This document shows positions 34,971 to 52,446 of a stretch of 64,000 bases of DNA, piece after piece. The stretch spans positions 637,525-701,524 of the forward strand of contig NIVC01000227.1 in NCBI GenBank assembly GCA_002269645.1, given 5' to 3'. The translations under genes were made by a program, and so were the position numbers. The notes under the pieces are model-generated. The model was not told the DNA's origin. It was given only the letters and a program-made list of their open reading frames with translations, and ran no database searches. This DNA is from Macrostomum lignano (lineage: Eukaryota). Position 1 is the first letter of the stretch. Each line of letters starts with the position of its first letter.

Positions 34971-36639
34971 TGTAGATGAAAAGAGGTCCACGATGTAAGA
35001 TGAACAAGCAAGGCCAACTAGATAGGCAATTCACAATTTTTAAGACAGCCCACAAGGAGACGAGCGGGCGAAATGAATGAAAAAGCCAAAATTTCTCAAA
35101 ATTCAAAGAAATTGAAACAGAAACTTGATGCACTCTGTTGCTGTCTGTCATATCTCTGTCAGGTCAACAAATAATACAAAGCATTATTGATTATTTTCAT
35201 AAATGAAATAACATGTGCAAGCACGGTACAGCCAATGTGTAAAATTTTGATGATAAGAAGGACAAACCTGTCTGGCTGGAAAAGTGCAAATCACTTAACT
35301 AGTACGCGTCAGCAGTGAGAAGTGTATAATAATAATAATAACAATAATAAAGACTTATAAATGTCAACAAACCAAGGAGGAACACCTAATAAACCGTTTA
35401 TTATATAATTTTACAAGCAACAAATTGTTTCATAGACGATAAATGATTTAATTTTAGAATTAAACTTATCTGATGAATATGTGAGAATGGCTGTTAACTG
35501 AAGAATTGAATTTATGGAATTATGAGACTTCAATCCTCCATGACGTACATTAGAAACCAACAATGAATAATTTGAGTTAGGATTTAGTCCAGGCCACAGA
35601 TACTAGAACGACTAGATGGTCCACTCAGCACATTTGCGTGTCAGCTAATTTCAGTTCAGTAGTAAGTTAAACAGAATCATTTTAAAGATTCTGTGAGTTT
35701 TAAAGCCAAGGCTCAATTATTGGCTATTACCCCTGCCCAGCTTTAACCCTCCAACCGCGCCTTTCTTCCACACTACCCCCCGCCCCGCCCCAATTTTTAT
35801 TGCCCTTCTCGGAATTCCAGCCTAAAGCTGCCATGTACATTCAGTGGACTGGCCAATCTACATTATTGCTGAACCAATTAGCAAGTTGTTTACGCGCCTG
35901 CAAGCTTGGGCTTCTAAACTTATCCAAGTCATTTCAGCTGACTTTATTTCTATAAAATAGCTTATGTATTCTTCTTTGCTACTGAATAGAGAGTAGAAAG
36001 CTGTTTTGCTAAGTATATGCCTGAGCGGCTCATCTAGTTAATTTAGTATATGTGGTTCAAACTGAAGTGAGACAGCAATGAATGGAGTTTTTTTAATAAA
36101 ACAGCAATAATAGACAAAATTGGAATGCGGTTTGAATCTGTAGACTGAACCGATGACGCAGTTAGGATACGATCTTACGATTATTACAGGTAGCTATTAT
36201 TTGTAAAGTTTTCTTAGAGAAAGAGCTCAACATAAGCAAATTAGATTGTGCAAAATAATACATAATACAGCCCAAATATCATAGAGTAAAAGAACCATTA
36301 AAAGTAACCGAGAATATGTCTATGTAAGTGTTAGCAAATTAGCAAAAATAAAACAGATTCCAAAAAGCAATATAATAGTTGAGTTACTGTAATTAAAATC
36401 TTATCAAACAGACAAATTAATTTTAAAAGAAATTCAAAAGAATATCTTGAACAAATTATTTTCAAATTTTACAGGAAACACCTTAGAAATGTAAACAATA
36501 TAAAAACACGAATTATACTACTTTGAAAACTAAGTAGAAAAGTAAAAAGTTTCTATCTAGCCGTTAATGAAAACAACTTAAGTGGTTGGGTCCAATGGGG
36601 CAATTTGAAAGATATCTAAACGGATATTATAGGATGAGT

Positions 36640-36950
36640 GTAGAGTGTACATTGTGGGTAGAGAGGGTTTCGGACTCTGGAGAGTGTACATTGTGGGGAG
36701 AGAGGGTTTCGGACTCTGGAAAGTGTACATTGTGGGAGAGAGGGGTTCGGACTCTGTAGAGTGTACATTGTGGGGAGAGAGTGATTCGGACTCTTAGAGA
36801 GTGTACATTGTGAGGAGAGAGGGTTTCGGACTCTGTAGAGTGTACATTGTGGGGAGAGAGGGGTTCGCACTCTGTAGAGTGTACATTGTGAGGAGAGAGG
36901 GGTTCTTCGGTCTTTATAAAGTGTACTGGTACATTGTGGGGACAGGGGGG
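36640..36950. repeat. 38-39 bp minisatellite (agagtgtacattgtggggagagagggtttcggactct..)n, about 7-8 copies
   Basis: Direct periodicity. Confidence 0.9.
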
Positions 36951-38031
36951 TTTGGAATCTTATGTATATTTGTGTGGATGCTGAGACTCGTATGCATCAA
37001 GGTGTGAAAAGATCATTGCGGGCTATAAACCAACCAACTATTAACTGGATGAAGCACTGGACAACTCAGCGAGAAGGGGGTATTTTATAAATTGTATAAA
37101 TTTATTGGGCAAAAAAACGCACAAGACTAAACAGTTAGCAACAGAGCAGAGCAAAACCACTAAATATATTAGAGCAAAAACGAAATAACGCAAATGTATA
37201 CTTGATATTTATAGAGAACCAGTGGGGGCCGTAGGACGATAATTAATTTAAAATTATCGACCTAGGCAGGTGCCACAGCCATGTGTAAACTAATTAAGAA
37301 CAAAAGATAAGACAAATACGATACGAGATAACGATAGAATAGGTGCGCAAGTTAAAATATCGCCTAGCACGTATGATATAACCATCTATAATTGTTCAGC
37401 TTTATAAAACCCGGGTGCTCATAAATGTTTAATTGTTAATTAAAGTAGCACTGGCAGGTAAAATAATTCCCTATATAGATAGAAGCAAAGCAAAGCAAAA
37501 CTAACCGAAGGCACAAGGCAGCATAGTTAATTACAGTAAGGAAAGTATAGCCGTAACTACCAATAGTAAATTTGACTTGGAATTATCTATACACCCTGTG
37601 GGAATACAGTTTATCAGACAGCAGGAAGATTAGGGAATAAAATTTAATTAATTGGTCTCAGTGACTCAGTGCTATTGTTATACCATAAATAGGAATTGAT
37701 AGACCGATATACCTATTTGTTCATTGACTAATTAAGATTATTTTATAGCATAATTTATTTTTTGCACACACATTTCACAATGTACATAATTAAAAGTACA
37801 TGTCGCACCGCACGCCATTCACACCAGGCGATGTGCACATTAAAAGTACTTACTGTACTTTAGGTTATTCAGATTCCAAGCCCGCTCGCACACGCCGTGT
37901 CGCCAAGTTTTTTAATTTCTAAAGTTGATAACTAATTAAATCAAACTGATAATCCCGAGAATGTCCCGCTCAGGGTTATAGGACTCAAACAGGTAGACAG
38001 GCCCAATCTAAGAGCTGAATTTTTTTCAGTC

Positions 38032-42588
<4,557 letters not shown>

Positions 42589-43171
42589 GAGAAATTGTTT
42601 GATTTGATTAATTTCTCACTCGATTGATAGATTTTTTGTAATAATATTAGGCATGAAATAGCAAATTTAGAAATAATATTTTCATAATTTGATAATTTTT
42701 TAGTTGAAAGCTCACAAATGTAGGTAAGTATTAACACAATAAAAATTATTACTATGAAGAAAGTGACTAAATCTCTACATTAGCTGTTTTATTAATTAGT
42801 AGAAAATATTCATAAGAACAATAGTTGAGTTTTAAAGCATCATTTCAATTGTAGATTTGCAATTACATTACTCAGATTATATGGTTGGAGCATTGGACTC
42901 ACTAATGAAAGGTTGGGGATTTGATTCCCAATCCCACTGGAACAATTTGTGTCCTCAAGCAAGACACTTAACTTTGCATTGCTTCAGTTCACCCAGCTAT
43001 AAAATGGGTGCCAGCATTAGTTATGGTACAAGAATAATTGACAGCATATGGTAACCCCCCAGGCCTTGGACTAAACAGGCATACGCAGCTTTCAGATGTA
43101 CTGCACAATAGTTGCAGCTGAGCTGTTTTGCACATCTGCCAATTAGGGTAGGTGTAATTAATCATACATGT

Positions 43172-43308
43172 GCAACCTTGGGAATTACTCAGCCATTTCT
43201 ATTGGCAACACACACACATGTAAGTCGCTATTGGCTGAGAGCAGTCACGTGACTATTATTACATGTGTGTGTAGCCAATAGAAATGGCCGGGTGAATCCC
43301 TAGGTTGC
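43172..43308. other. Palindromic (hairpin) mini-element with ~55-bp arms
   Basis: gcaacct..gccatttctattggc..acacacacatgtaa pairs with ttacatgtgtgtgt..gccaatagaaatggc..aggttgc. Confidence 0.75.
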
Positions 43309-46300
43309 GCCCAAGCATGCATATATAATGATAAACAAATTTTTAGTATACTAAACATACAAGGTTTAACCATTATTGTATACCCTTTGTTAGTATGAGT
43401 ATAAATAATTAGGTAATTCCAAAACTAGGTATTTTGTTTTATAGTATATGTTATAAACTAGGTGCATGCTAGGATTCACGTTAGGGAGGGACAAAGACAT
43501 AAATCCATCTCAAATGAAGGCAATGGAAGCAAAATACAAAGGCAGTAAAAAGGTTCTCCCTTCCAGGAGGCATGTCCCTAGTGTCCCCCCTTGGCTATTC
43601 CCTTGGTTATAATATACTAACTTTTAATTTAACATCTCGAATTTGGACTCCTTTTTTAAATCTAAAATTGGCAACTTTTTTAAGTTGAATGCTTTTTAAT
43701 TTATTGGGATTCTAGGAATTTGGAACCAAAATTGCTAATTATCGTTTCTTAATCTAAGGACAACAGCATTAAAAAAGCAACTATTTATAGATAAATTCAA
43801 TAATTCAAAGATGGCCAATCCACTTTGAATAATTAGTAGCCATGCTCTTGCCACCCCTACAAGGCAAAAACTTGACTTTACTGACTATAAATAGAGAGAA
43901 AAGGTAGAAATAGATCAGACTTTACTAGTCATCCTTCTAGGGCACTTAGACCTAGGTAGCCATAGACCTATATAGAGAATTGGTAACTTGGGTTATGGAT
44001 GGTCTAATACTAATAGGCATAGCAAGGTCTCATTGCTCTAATCCCAAGTATAACTAGTTTTTAAGATAAGGTTCTCTACTTAAAGTAGCTTTTCCACTAT
44101 CTCTATGCTGGGAATCTAAAAGGTAGGCCTATCTTAATATTGTGATAGGCCTAGTGCTAAGATAAAGAATAAGGTCTTTTATATAAAGGGGCTTTTGATC
44201 TATGCAAGGTTAAGACCCCTTGATTTTAACTAGGTTTGTTTGAGATAGAGTTTAAATAATTATTTGATTCCTATTTGGCAAATGTCAATGCTAAAAAATG
44301 ATAAAAAATCTTTGATAGGCCTAATAGGCCTATTTTATATTTTATATAGGCTAATTATTTTTTTAATGGAACCTTGACTTTATTAATCAATAATGTTCAA
44401 TAGGCCCTATAAAACTTTAAATATAGCTAGGTAATTAATCTAATACTAGCAATAGCCCAAATAGTCTAACTAATTAAATAGGGGGCCTATCTACTAAGAC
44501 AATACTTATAATTATAAACCTAGAGCTCTTTTTAGACTAGGCCTAGCCTAGGCTAGGTCACTGACTCACTATCTATATTAGCATTATAGCTAGCAGCTAG
44601 GGCTTTTGTAGGCCTAATAGGCCTACTAATTTATAAACTAGACATATTTAACTGAGTCATAGGTCTCATCAATGGCACTAAATATAGGCCTAGGCTACCT
44701 GGGCCTACTTGTAATTGTAATTGTAGACTAGGCCTAATTTAAGGCCTAGGCCTATGTGAAAATATGAAATTAGCAAAATTCTCCAAATTTAGGCCTAGCC
44801 ATCTGATTGTCTTTTTGATGAGTGGGATAGGATGACATGAAATGTAGGCCCTATGTATGGTGTAAGTCACTATATGCGTGTATCTTGAGTGCATGATTAA
44901 AAAACAATTCAGAAATCAGCATTGAATGAAGAAAAGTAAAAAAATCGATTCTCTAGAGCAGAGGCAGAGGCTATAGTAAGTATAAGGCTAAGGCATCCAT
45001 CGCTCAAGGGGCACAACTGACCCGTAATGTACAGGAGTAGGCCCTACACAACAAAGTGCTGGGCTGCCTTCCCGACCCGACCCCACTTCTCTGCAGACTG
45101 CAAGCAAGGCTTGTAGCTAGTGCCACTTCATGGCATTTAACATGACCATGACAGAGCTCGCTTTATCCTCCGACAGGAAACTTTGCATCATCCAGATGAA
45201 GATCTATTTACTGGTAGCTACTATGTATTTCATTTCAATTTAATGATGCTTATTTATGATAATTCAAGAACTAAATTGCTGCTACTAAAAAGTCTAAAAA
45301 TATTTTTTACCGCTTTTTAATTCTACGCCATTTACTTCATTTTAACAAGTCAGCAGCAAACAAAAACTTGAGACGAAATCAAATTAACTTTAAAGAAAAC
45401 TATATCTTTACTCAGTAACCTACGTGAGTTGAATAATGAAGGGCAATACCAGGCGGCTTAGGGGTTTGACTGGACGAGGTCCCGCAGTCGAAATTACTGC
45501 GACTTCTAGTGGCCCTTTCGTAAACACCTCAAGAGTATATATTTGACTACGCTGATAACCGATCGCCATCTTTTCATCACCTTTGCTAGCAACCGGCCCG
45601 ATAGATTGACAGGCTAGTCTAGTAGGTGGCTTCTTAGCCTTGGTCTGTGGTAAAAAAAATTAAGTAGAAGCCCGTTAAAAGCCCCTACGCTCGTAGTACA
45701 TTTACATTAAGCAAACCGGCCGATCGAGGTTTGCAATGTGCCGGCCGACATCTAAAGGGTACTGCAGTTTGGTGTTTAACGTAAAAGACACCCGGCCAGC
45801 GCAGGTGCAGGGAACTCTTCTGCTGGACATTCATGTACGGACCTACTGCACACGTATTGCGCTGTGCGTACATGTAAGGTATTCGCGTAAGGTACCGTAG
45901 CTGTCTTTCAGCCCGACGAAGCACTATTTGACCGCGCAGAGCTGTGATTGAGTCCGTCCTGCTGTGCAACTTGAGGCGTGAACGCTGACGGCCCACACTA
46001 TAATAGCTAGAGCAGCTTAGCAGCTGCATGGACTCATGCAGCAGAGGGCTATACTATAGCTGCTCGGTACATGTGGTGGCCCTTTGAGCCCGGCGTCAGC
46101 TGTGCCTGTGCAACGCCCGGCAGCGGCAATTCAAATTCAACTGGCTGGCCAGACGTGATCCGGCCCGGCCAAGAGCTACTATTGCTCCCGCCGTTGCAGG
46201 ACATCCAGCTTCTGATCACCGGCCTTGCAGTGCCCAGGTAAGGGCCAGCTGGAGCGATCTTCCCGTCATCAATGAATTCAAATACATACATGGTATGGAT

Positions 46301-46316
46301 GGACGGGTCTATGAAA

Positions 46317-47492
46317 TTTGCTTGCGAGACTTTTGCTTGCCGAACTTTGCTTGCCGAACTTTGCTTGCCGAACTTTGCTTGCCGAATTTTGCTTGCAGGA
46401 AATTTGCTTGCCGAACTTTGCTTGCCGAACTTTGCTTGCCGAACTTTGCTTGCAGGAACTTTGCTTGCCGAACTTTGCTTGCAGAAATTTTGCTTGCCGA
46501 GGTTTGCCAGGCAAAGTTTTCTTGCGGAACCTTACAGAACCTATTTTGAGCTCTTGTATTTCTAATTTTCATTTTCTAAGATTCGTGGAAGATTCGTTAT
46601 GATTTCAGCCCTAACGCAGAAACTTTCGAAACTCCACGGAACTTTCGGTTCTACGAGTGTTTTAACTTTTGTTCCTTGGTGACAAGTACACGACACTAGT
46701 ACTCGTGCAAATCCGCCAGTCCAAGTGCGTTTACATTTTTACGCTCGTATATACTAATTATCATTAGTATATGCATTATTATACATTAGCATCACTACAA
46801 TCATACCTGCTCAATCGTGCTGAAATCAGGAACTACAAAGATTTATACTGTTACCAAACCCAATCTACCTATATTAAATCTCTAATCACTAAATTCTTAG
46901 AATGAAACTCTATAAGCCCAGTTTGAAAGCTTAGTGTCAAGTCAGTTTACGTCGACGCTGATAAGAATCCACTTGCAAAGCATCTGTAGTAAGTAATAAT
47001 TGACTGACCAACTTCACAAGCAATCAAACAAGCAAGCAAACAAGAAAATAATTCGGCAAGTTAAAACCTTGCAACTGTGATTGCGAATTTCTAGGAAGCA
47101 GACATCAAAATTCCGCAAGCAAAGTTCGGCAATCAAAGTTCGACAAGCAAAGTTCGGCAAGCAAAGTTCGGCAAGCAAAGTTCGGTAAGCAAAGTTCGGT
47201 AAGCAAAGTTCGGCAAGCAAAGTTCCTGCAAGAAAAATTCGGCAAGCAAAGTTCCTGCAAGCAAAGTTCGGCAAGCAGAATTCCGCCAGCAAAGCTCAGC
47301 AAGCAGAATTCCGCCAGCAAAGCTCAGCAAGCAAAGTTCGGCAAGCAAAGTTCCTGCAAGCAAAGTTCGGCAAGCAAAGTTCCCGCAAGCAAAGTTCGGC
47401 AAGCAAAGTTCCCGCAAGCAAAGTTCGGCAAGCAAAGTTCGGCAAGCAAAGTTCCCGCAAGCAAAGTTCGGCAAGCAAACTTCCCGCAAGCA
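46317..47492. repeat. Two 14-bp arrays (tttgcttgccgaac)n in inverted orientation flanking ~600 bp (foldback-like)
   Basis: 46317-46510 is on the plus strand. 47110-47492 carries the reverse-complement unit gcaagcaaagttcg. Confidence 0.85.
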
Positions 47493-49091
47493 AACGTCGT
47501 ACTCCCTCCAAAACTTTCAAAACTGTAAATGTATATTACACATGTACATGTACGTGTTTCTGAGCCCTAAGAAAATGCTCATATTAACACGTAAGTTTAT
47601 AGGAACGGGGATAGGCTAGCTAGGGCACCTTGACGTGTCACCTGGCCGAGGCTGACGGCACTAGAGGACCCAATGTGAGCCTGGAGGGGACCAAAGTTAA
47701 GAAGTAGGCCCCCAACGTTGCGGACGCTATAATAGTCTTTGTCTAAGACGTAGCTCGGCTCGCACCATCAGCAGCAGCAGCATCAACGATCTCAGCAGCT
47801 AGTGCGCACATCAGCAATCAGCCGATCAGCCCAGGACAGCAGACCAGAATTCAGCAGGGAGTTCATTGTGCTTCCCACGCTTAATTGTTTGCTCAAGTAA
47901 AAGTTAGAAAAGTACGTTCTGTCGGCTGAAATTGGCTTGTACTAAGAACATCCGGGTTCCCACAAAACTCTTGAGATCAGCGCCCAAGATCTGCGACAGC
48001 GATACAGCTGCGACACTGGTGGAGCTGCCGGAGGCACGACGGCCGGGTCCGATCGAGTCGGGTTCCCATGAAACTGACTTGCAAGCTTCCAAACTTTCTC
48101 ATCAAATATAATTCCCAGACTTTCTAGCCATTCGAACTCTTTTGCTACTATTGCTATTGCTTACAAGTAATGTCGACTGAGGCAGAACAAAATTACTATG
48201 ACAAAGCCATACAGCCAAGTAAATCTACTCCAATCGAATTTAGATATAATTATAAAACACATTTTTTACAATTTCTTGGTATTTTGTAATATTAATAAAC
48301 TTTTGCAAGCATGGCGTGTAGCGTTGAGATATGCATTTAAATTTTTATGTTCGTAAATGTAAGTGTACGTTTACGTGTACAGTGTATATGTAAGTGTACG
48401 TTCTTTTTTCACTAGCCTATTAGAATGAGTTTATAATAACAGAAGAGCATGTATCCGAAAAAGAACAACGAAGCGTAATAGTAAGTTTTCAATTCATATA
48501 TTTAATTCAAAACAGAGTAAATATACATGTAATGCAAAATTAACGCTTTAAAATTTTGGGTCGAAAACAAAAAATAGTAAGATCTCTTCCTATCGTCAGT
48601 TACATCAGTTATGCCTATAATCAAAGCCGGAACACAAGATTAAATTGGGTTACGTGAAAAAGAAAACTAGAAAAGTCTTGATCAATATATAGTGTAATAG
48701 GTAGCTACTCGTGAAATATAAAGAAAATCTGAAAGTTAAGCTTTAGTGAATAAATAAAACTGCGAGAATTGCACCACACTATCAAAAGTGCACCCAGAGT
48801 CATGTGTACTTTTGCTCCTTTGATAGCGCATACAGAAATGTAAGAAAATGATTTCCAAGAGTTTGAGTTTCGTAACAAATCGTACAAAAGCGGGAGCATT
48901 TTTTTCTATTAAAATATAATAAACATGGATGCAGCAGCTACGAGCTAATTATCAAAATTGAAAACATCTTTGAACTTTTCAAGGTATCATTTTAAAAACG
49001 TCTTCATATTTATTGATAACACTCCTCAACTCTCCATAACTTGTTTCAAAGTTGATTGAGTTTGTAGAGGCCTTCTCGATAAGGTGGCACT

Positions 49092-50129
49092 TTACCAGCA
49101 CAGTGCATCCAGTTCGGCGAATTCCGAGGCTGTCAGGGTGGCATTAGCAATGACGAAGCAGGTGAACCGGCCGACTAGTCCTTTATTGGGTTCCGGAGAG
49201 TAGCCAAGGCGGATGCACTCCGGGAGGCCTGTGAAGTTCGGTAAGCCGCTCTGACTAAATGGTTGCACATTATACAGAGTTCCATTATAGAAGGTTCCGG
49301 TGAAGTCATTGTCGCTGAACACGACACCCATCGAAGTTTCAACATTAGTGACTCCAACAGGGGGTTGCGGCATCATATCGGCGCTTATTCTAAATTTAAT
49401 TTCATCAGGGGAGGTCATGCTGTGAAAAATGCCAGTCCTATTTTGGAAGTTCAGCATTGCGCCTCTAGGCTGGTTGTAAGATTCGCAGTCAGACAGCAGA
49501 TAGATCCATTGCTCTTCGACATCAACCAGCCTGTTAATCCGAGCGTACACGGAGAAGTTGTTGCCGCGTCCAAGCAAACTAGCGATAGTGTGAAGGCCGC
49601 CGCTGTTCTGCAGCTCGATGTAGTTGGACACTCCCGAGCTCAGGGGGGCGAACATGGCTCCCTGCCCGGGAACGAAAGTGACTCCCGACGAAGTAGACTG
49701 CACTTTGAACTGGGCGCTACCAACAAGATTGTCCTGACCAACGCGAAAGTCCAAGAAAGCCAGCAGTTTGGATCGGAATGTCAGAATGCCCGGCAGGCGA
49801 GGATTCAGCTGGCTCACGCAGGGCGTCCCAGGGCTGGTTGACCAGGTGTTAAGCAGGTCGGCGGTGCTGCCCATCTGGCACTGGTTGGACGCGCTGACAA
49901 AGCTGTACACGGCGCAATCGGTCCTCACCGAACACTCAATCGAGCAGGTCCTGGGTGACTGGACACCCTCAACAGTCATTGAGGCTGGAACCCCAACAGC
50001 TGGAGGGCAGACAGGGTCTTGGCGGAACTTGTAATTCTTAGCCACAACTGGGTCAGTGGCGACAGCAAGCAGCACGACAGGCAGCAGTGGCAGCAGCAGC
50101 AGAACAAGGAGGTGCTGTCGCTTCTCCAT
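49092..50129 (-). CDS. Secreted protein: signal peptide + PAN/apple domain + concanavalin A/LamG-like domain (345 aa)
   Basis: Signal MEKRQHLLVLLLLPLLPVVLLAVA. PAN Cys pattern CSIECSVRTDCAVYSFVSASNQCQM. Beta-rich C-terminal part (FSVYARIN, FYNG, IRLG, GRFTCFVIANATLT) fits a LamG/pentraxin-like fold. A canonical 5'UTR intron lies at 50235-50139. Confidence 0.75.
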   Translation of the reverse strand: MEKRQHLLVLLLLPLLPVVLLAVATDPVVAKNYKFRQDPVCPPAVGVPASMTVEGVQSPRTCSIECSVRTDCAVYSFVSASNQCQMGSTADLLNTWSTSPGTPCVSQLNPRLPGILTFRSKLLAFLDFRVGQDNLVGSAQFKVQSTSSGVTFVPGQGAMFAPLSSGVSNYIELQNSGGLHTIASLLGRGNNFSVYARINRLVDVEEQWIYLLSDCESYNQPRGAMLNFQNRTGIFHSMTSPDEIKFRISADMMPQPPVGVTNVETSMGVVFSDNDFTGTFYNGTLYNVQPFSQSGLPNFTGLPECIRLGYSPEPNKGLVGRFTCFVIANATLTASEFAELDALCW

Positions 50130-50768
50130 CGTGTGGGTCTGCAATTAGTTTAGTGCATATTAAGCATAGCGAAATAAGACGCTGATGTTCGATAACTAAG
50201 CATCAAATTCTTGAATCACAGTTACGCTGACTCACCAGTGAATGAATTCAATTGATTATTGATTGTTGATAGACTGCTGTATTGCACAGGCTAGGTCCTG
50301 ACTAGCAAAATTTGCAACTTGGGGCAGAAGACGCTCTCTGAATACCGGAGTCTCAGAGTTACCGGTGTCTGCCTACCCGATGGAAGAGGAGTTGCTTAAA
50401 ATTACAGTTTTTTCTTCTTCGTGCAAATACGCCTGCCTGTTTGTTGTTAGCCTTGTTGTCAAGGCAACGAGAGGAGGCAATTGAAAGGGACAGGGGAGTA
50501 GAGAAGTCATACGTTGGAAAGGCAAAGAAAAAGAAAGACTCAGCGGAGAGCTTCCCTTCTTTCCGATGCTTGACAAATTCTGAATGTAGAGTGTCGTCTC
50601 AAACAGAAGGGGAACCCACCAGGCATTAAATTTTAATATTGGCGCATCCAAGCGCACTAAACAATGCACTCAGTTTTTGCCCAGGAAGAGACGAAAAAAA
50701 CTAATGCGTTTTTTAAGCCCTTCTACTTCTATACTTGGGAGGCATACATGGGCAAACATGGCTGAAAA

Positions 50769-51345
<577 letters not shown>

Positions 51346-51465
51346 GATTTAGTTTATTTAATTTTTTGTAATATATTCGTGCCTACTTTGGTTAACAGCT
51401 CAGCTGCAGAACATTTCCATAGCGTCAATTTAATATTAGCAGTCTGTTAAGCATAACAAAAAATA

Positions 51466-51821
51466 AGTATTGGTTTTGTCAGCCTAACTGAGAATAAAGC
51501 CATCCAAAGTGAGAATCCTGCCTACGCTGACTGCGAAGTGCCTGGCTGCGTGCAGCCTTAGTCTATGGGCCATAGACAATAAAGGACAAGCAAAGTGATA
51601 AAAAGCCATCCAATGTGAGAATCCTGCCTACGCTGAATACGAAGGGCCTAGCTGCGTCCAGCCTAGTCTATGAGCCATAGACTATAAAGGATAAGCTAGG
51701 ATTGGCTATTCATATGGCTCAGAAGCTCAGAAGGTATAAAAATAAAAGAATACGACGCATAGACCAATCGATTCTCACATTGGATGGCTTTATTCTCAGT
51801 TAGGCTGACAAAAGCAATACT
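51466..51821. mobile_element. MITE-like element with 52-bp inverted repeats and an internal ~106-bp tandem duplication
   Basis: 51466-51517 vs 51770-51821 are 50/52 complementary. The duplicated units at about 51496 and 51602 each contain GTCTATG-N3-CATAGAC. Confidence 0.8.
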
Positions 51822-52446
51822 CGTACATAGCGCTAACGAGACTGCAGCCATTTCTCCAATACTTGAAGAGTAGAATATAGTGCAAGAAATGAAAAAAAAT
51901 TAATCATGTAACATCTGTCGTTCTTTTTTCGCACCTTTTAGCACCTCAGCTATTTAGCAGCTTATAAATATTATTCTTATGCAATAGCATTACGTTACAA
52001 GCGTTTCCAATTGTTTCTCAATTTATTTTCTCAAAATAAAAGTATTCAGTATATCCAATCAGCCAGTACTTATCTGCGGTACTTTAGGCAACGGAAAAAC
52101 TTTGAACATCTTTACCGCAAGTCATAAAAATATTTGCTCATATCATACTGCAGAGTTGATGAGTGGTTGTTCAGCTGTAGAGCTGACAATTTGTTAAAGT
52201 TAATTATTAGAAGTTTAATCAGTCAGATATCGAGAATAAAATCAGACCTGAAGAGTTATTGATTGAAAAAAAACAAAGAAATCAATAGTAAACAAAATTC
52301 AACACACGCAACTTAGCTATGCAAAGTAAAACATCGAAATAGAAACGGGGATTCACTGAAAACTTGTTTTACCATAGAAGCTCCAGCAGCGTTTACAGCG
52401 CCACAGGTGATAAATAATTCACAAGTTCTTCACTAACGTCGAATGG

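Noticed and set aside
45450-45530. Possible hammerhead ribozyme or snRNA (ctggacga...cgaaa with a gcagt/actgc stem)
   Set aside because: The CUGANGA core is not matched and stem II does not close before GAAA. No snRNA similarity was recognised.
47560-48090. LTR-like GC-rich block, and a similar block at 45700-46250
   Set aside because: No paired LTR, tRNA primer-binding site, polypurine tract or gag/pol homology could be identified.
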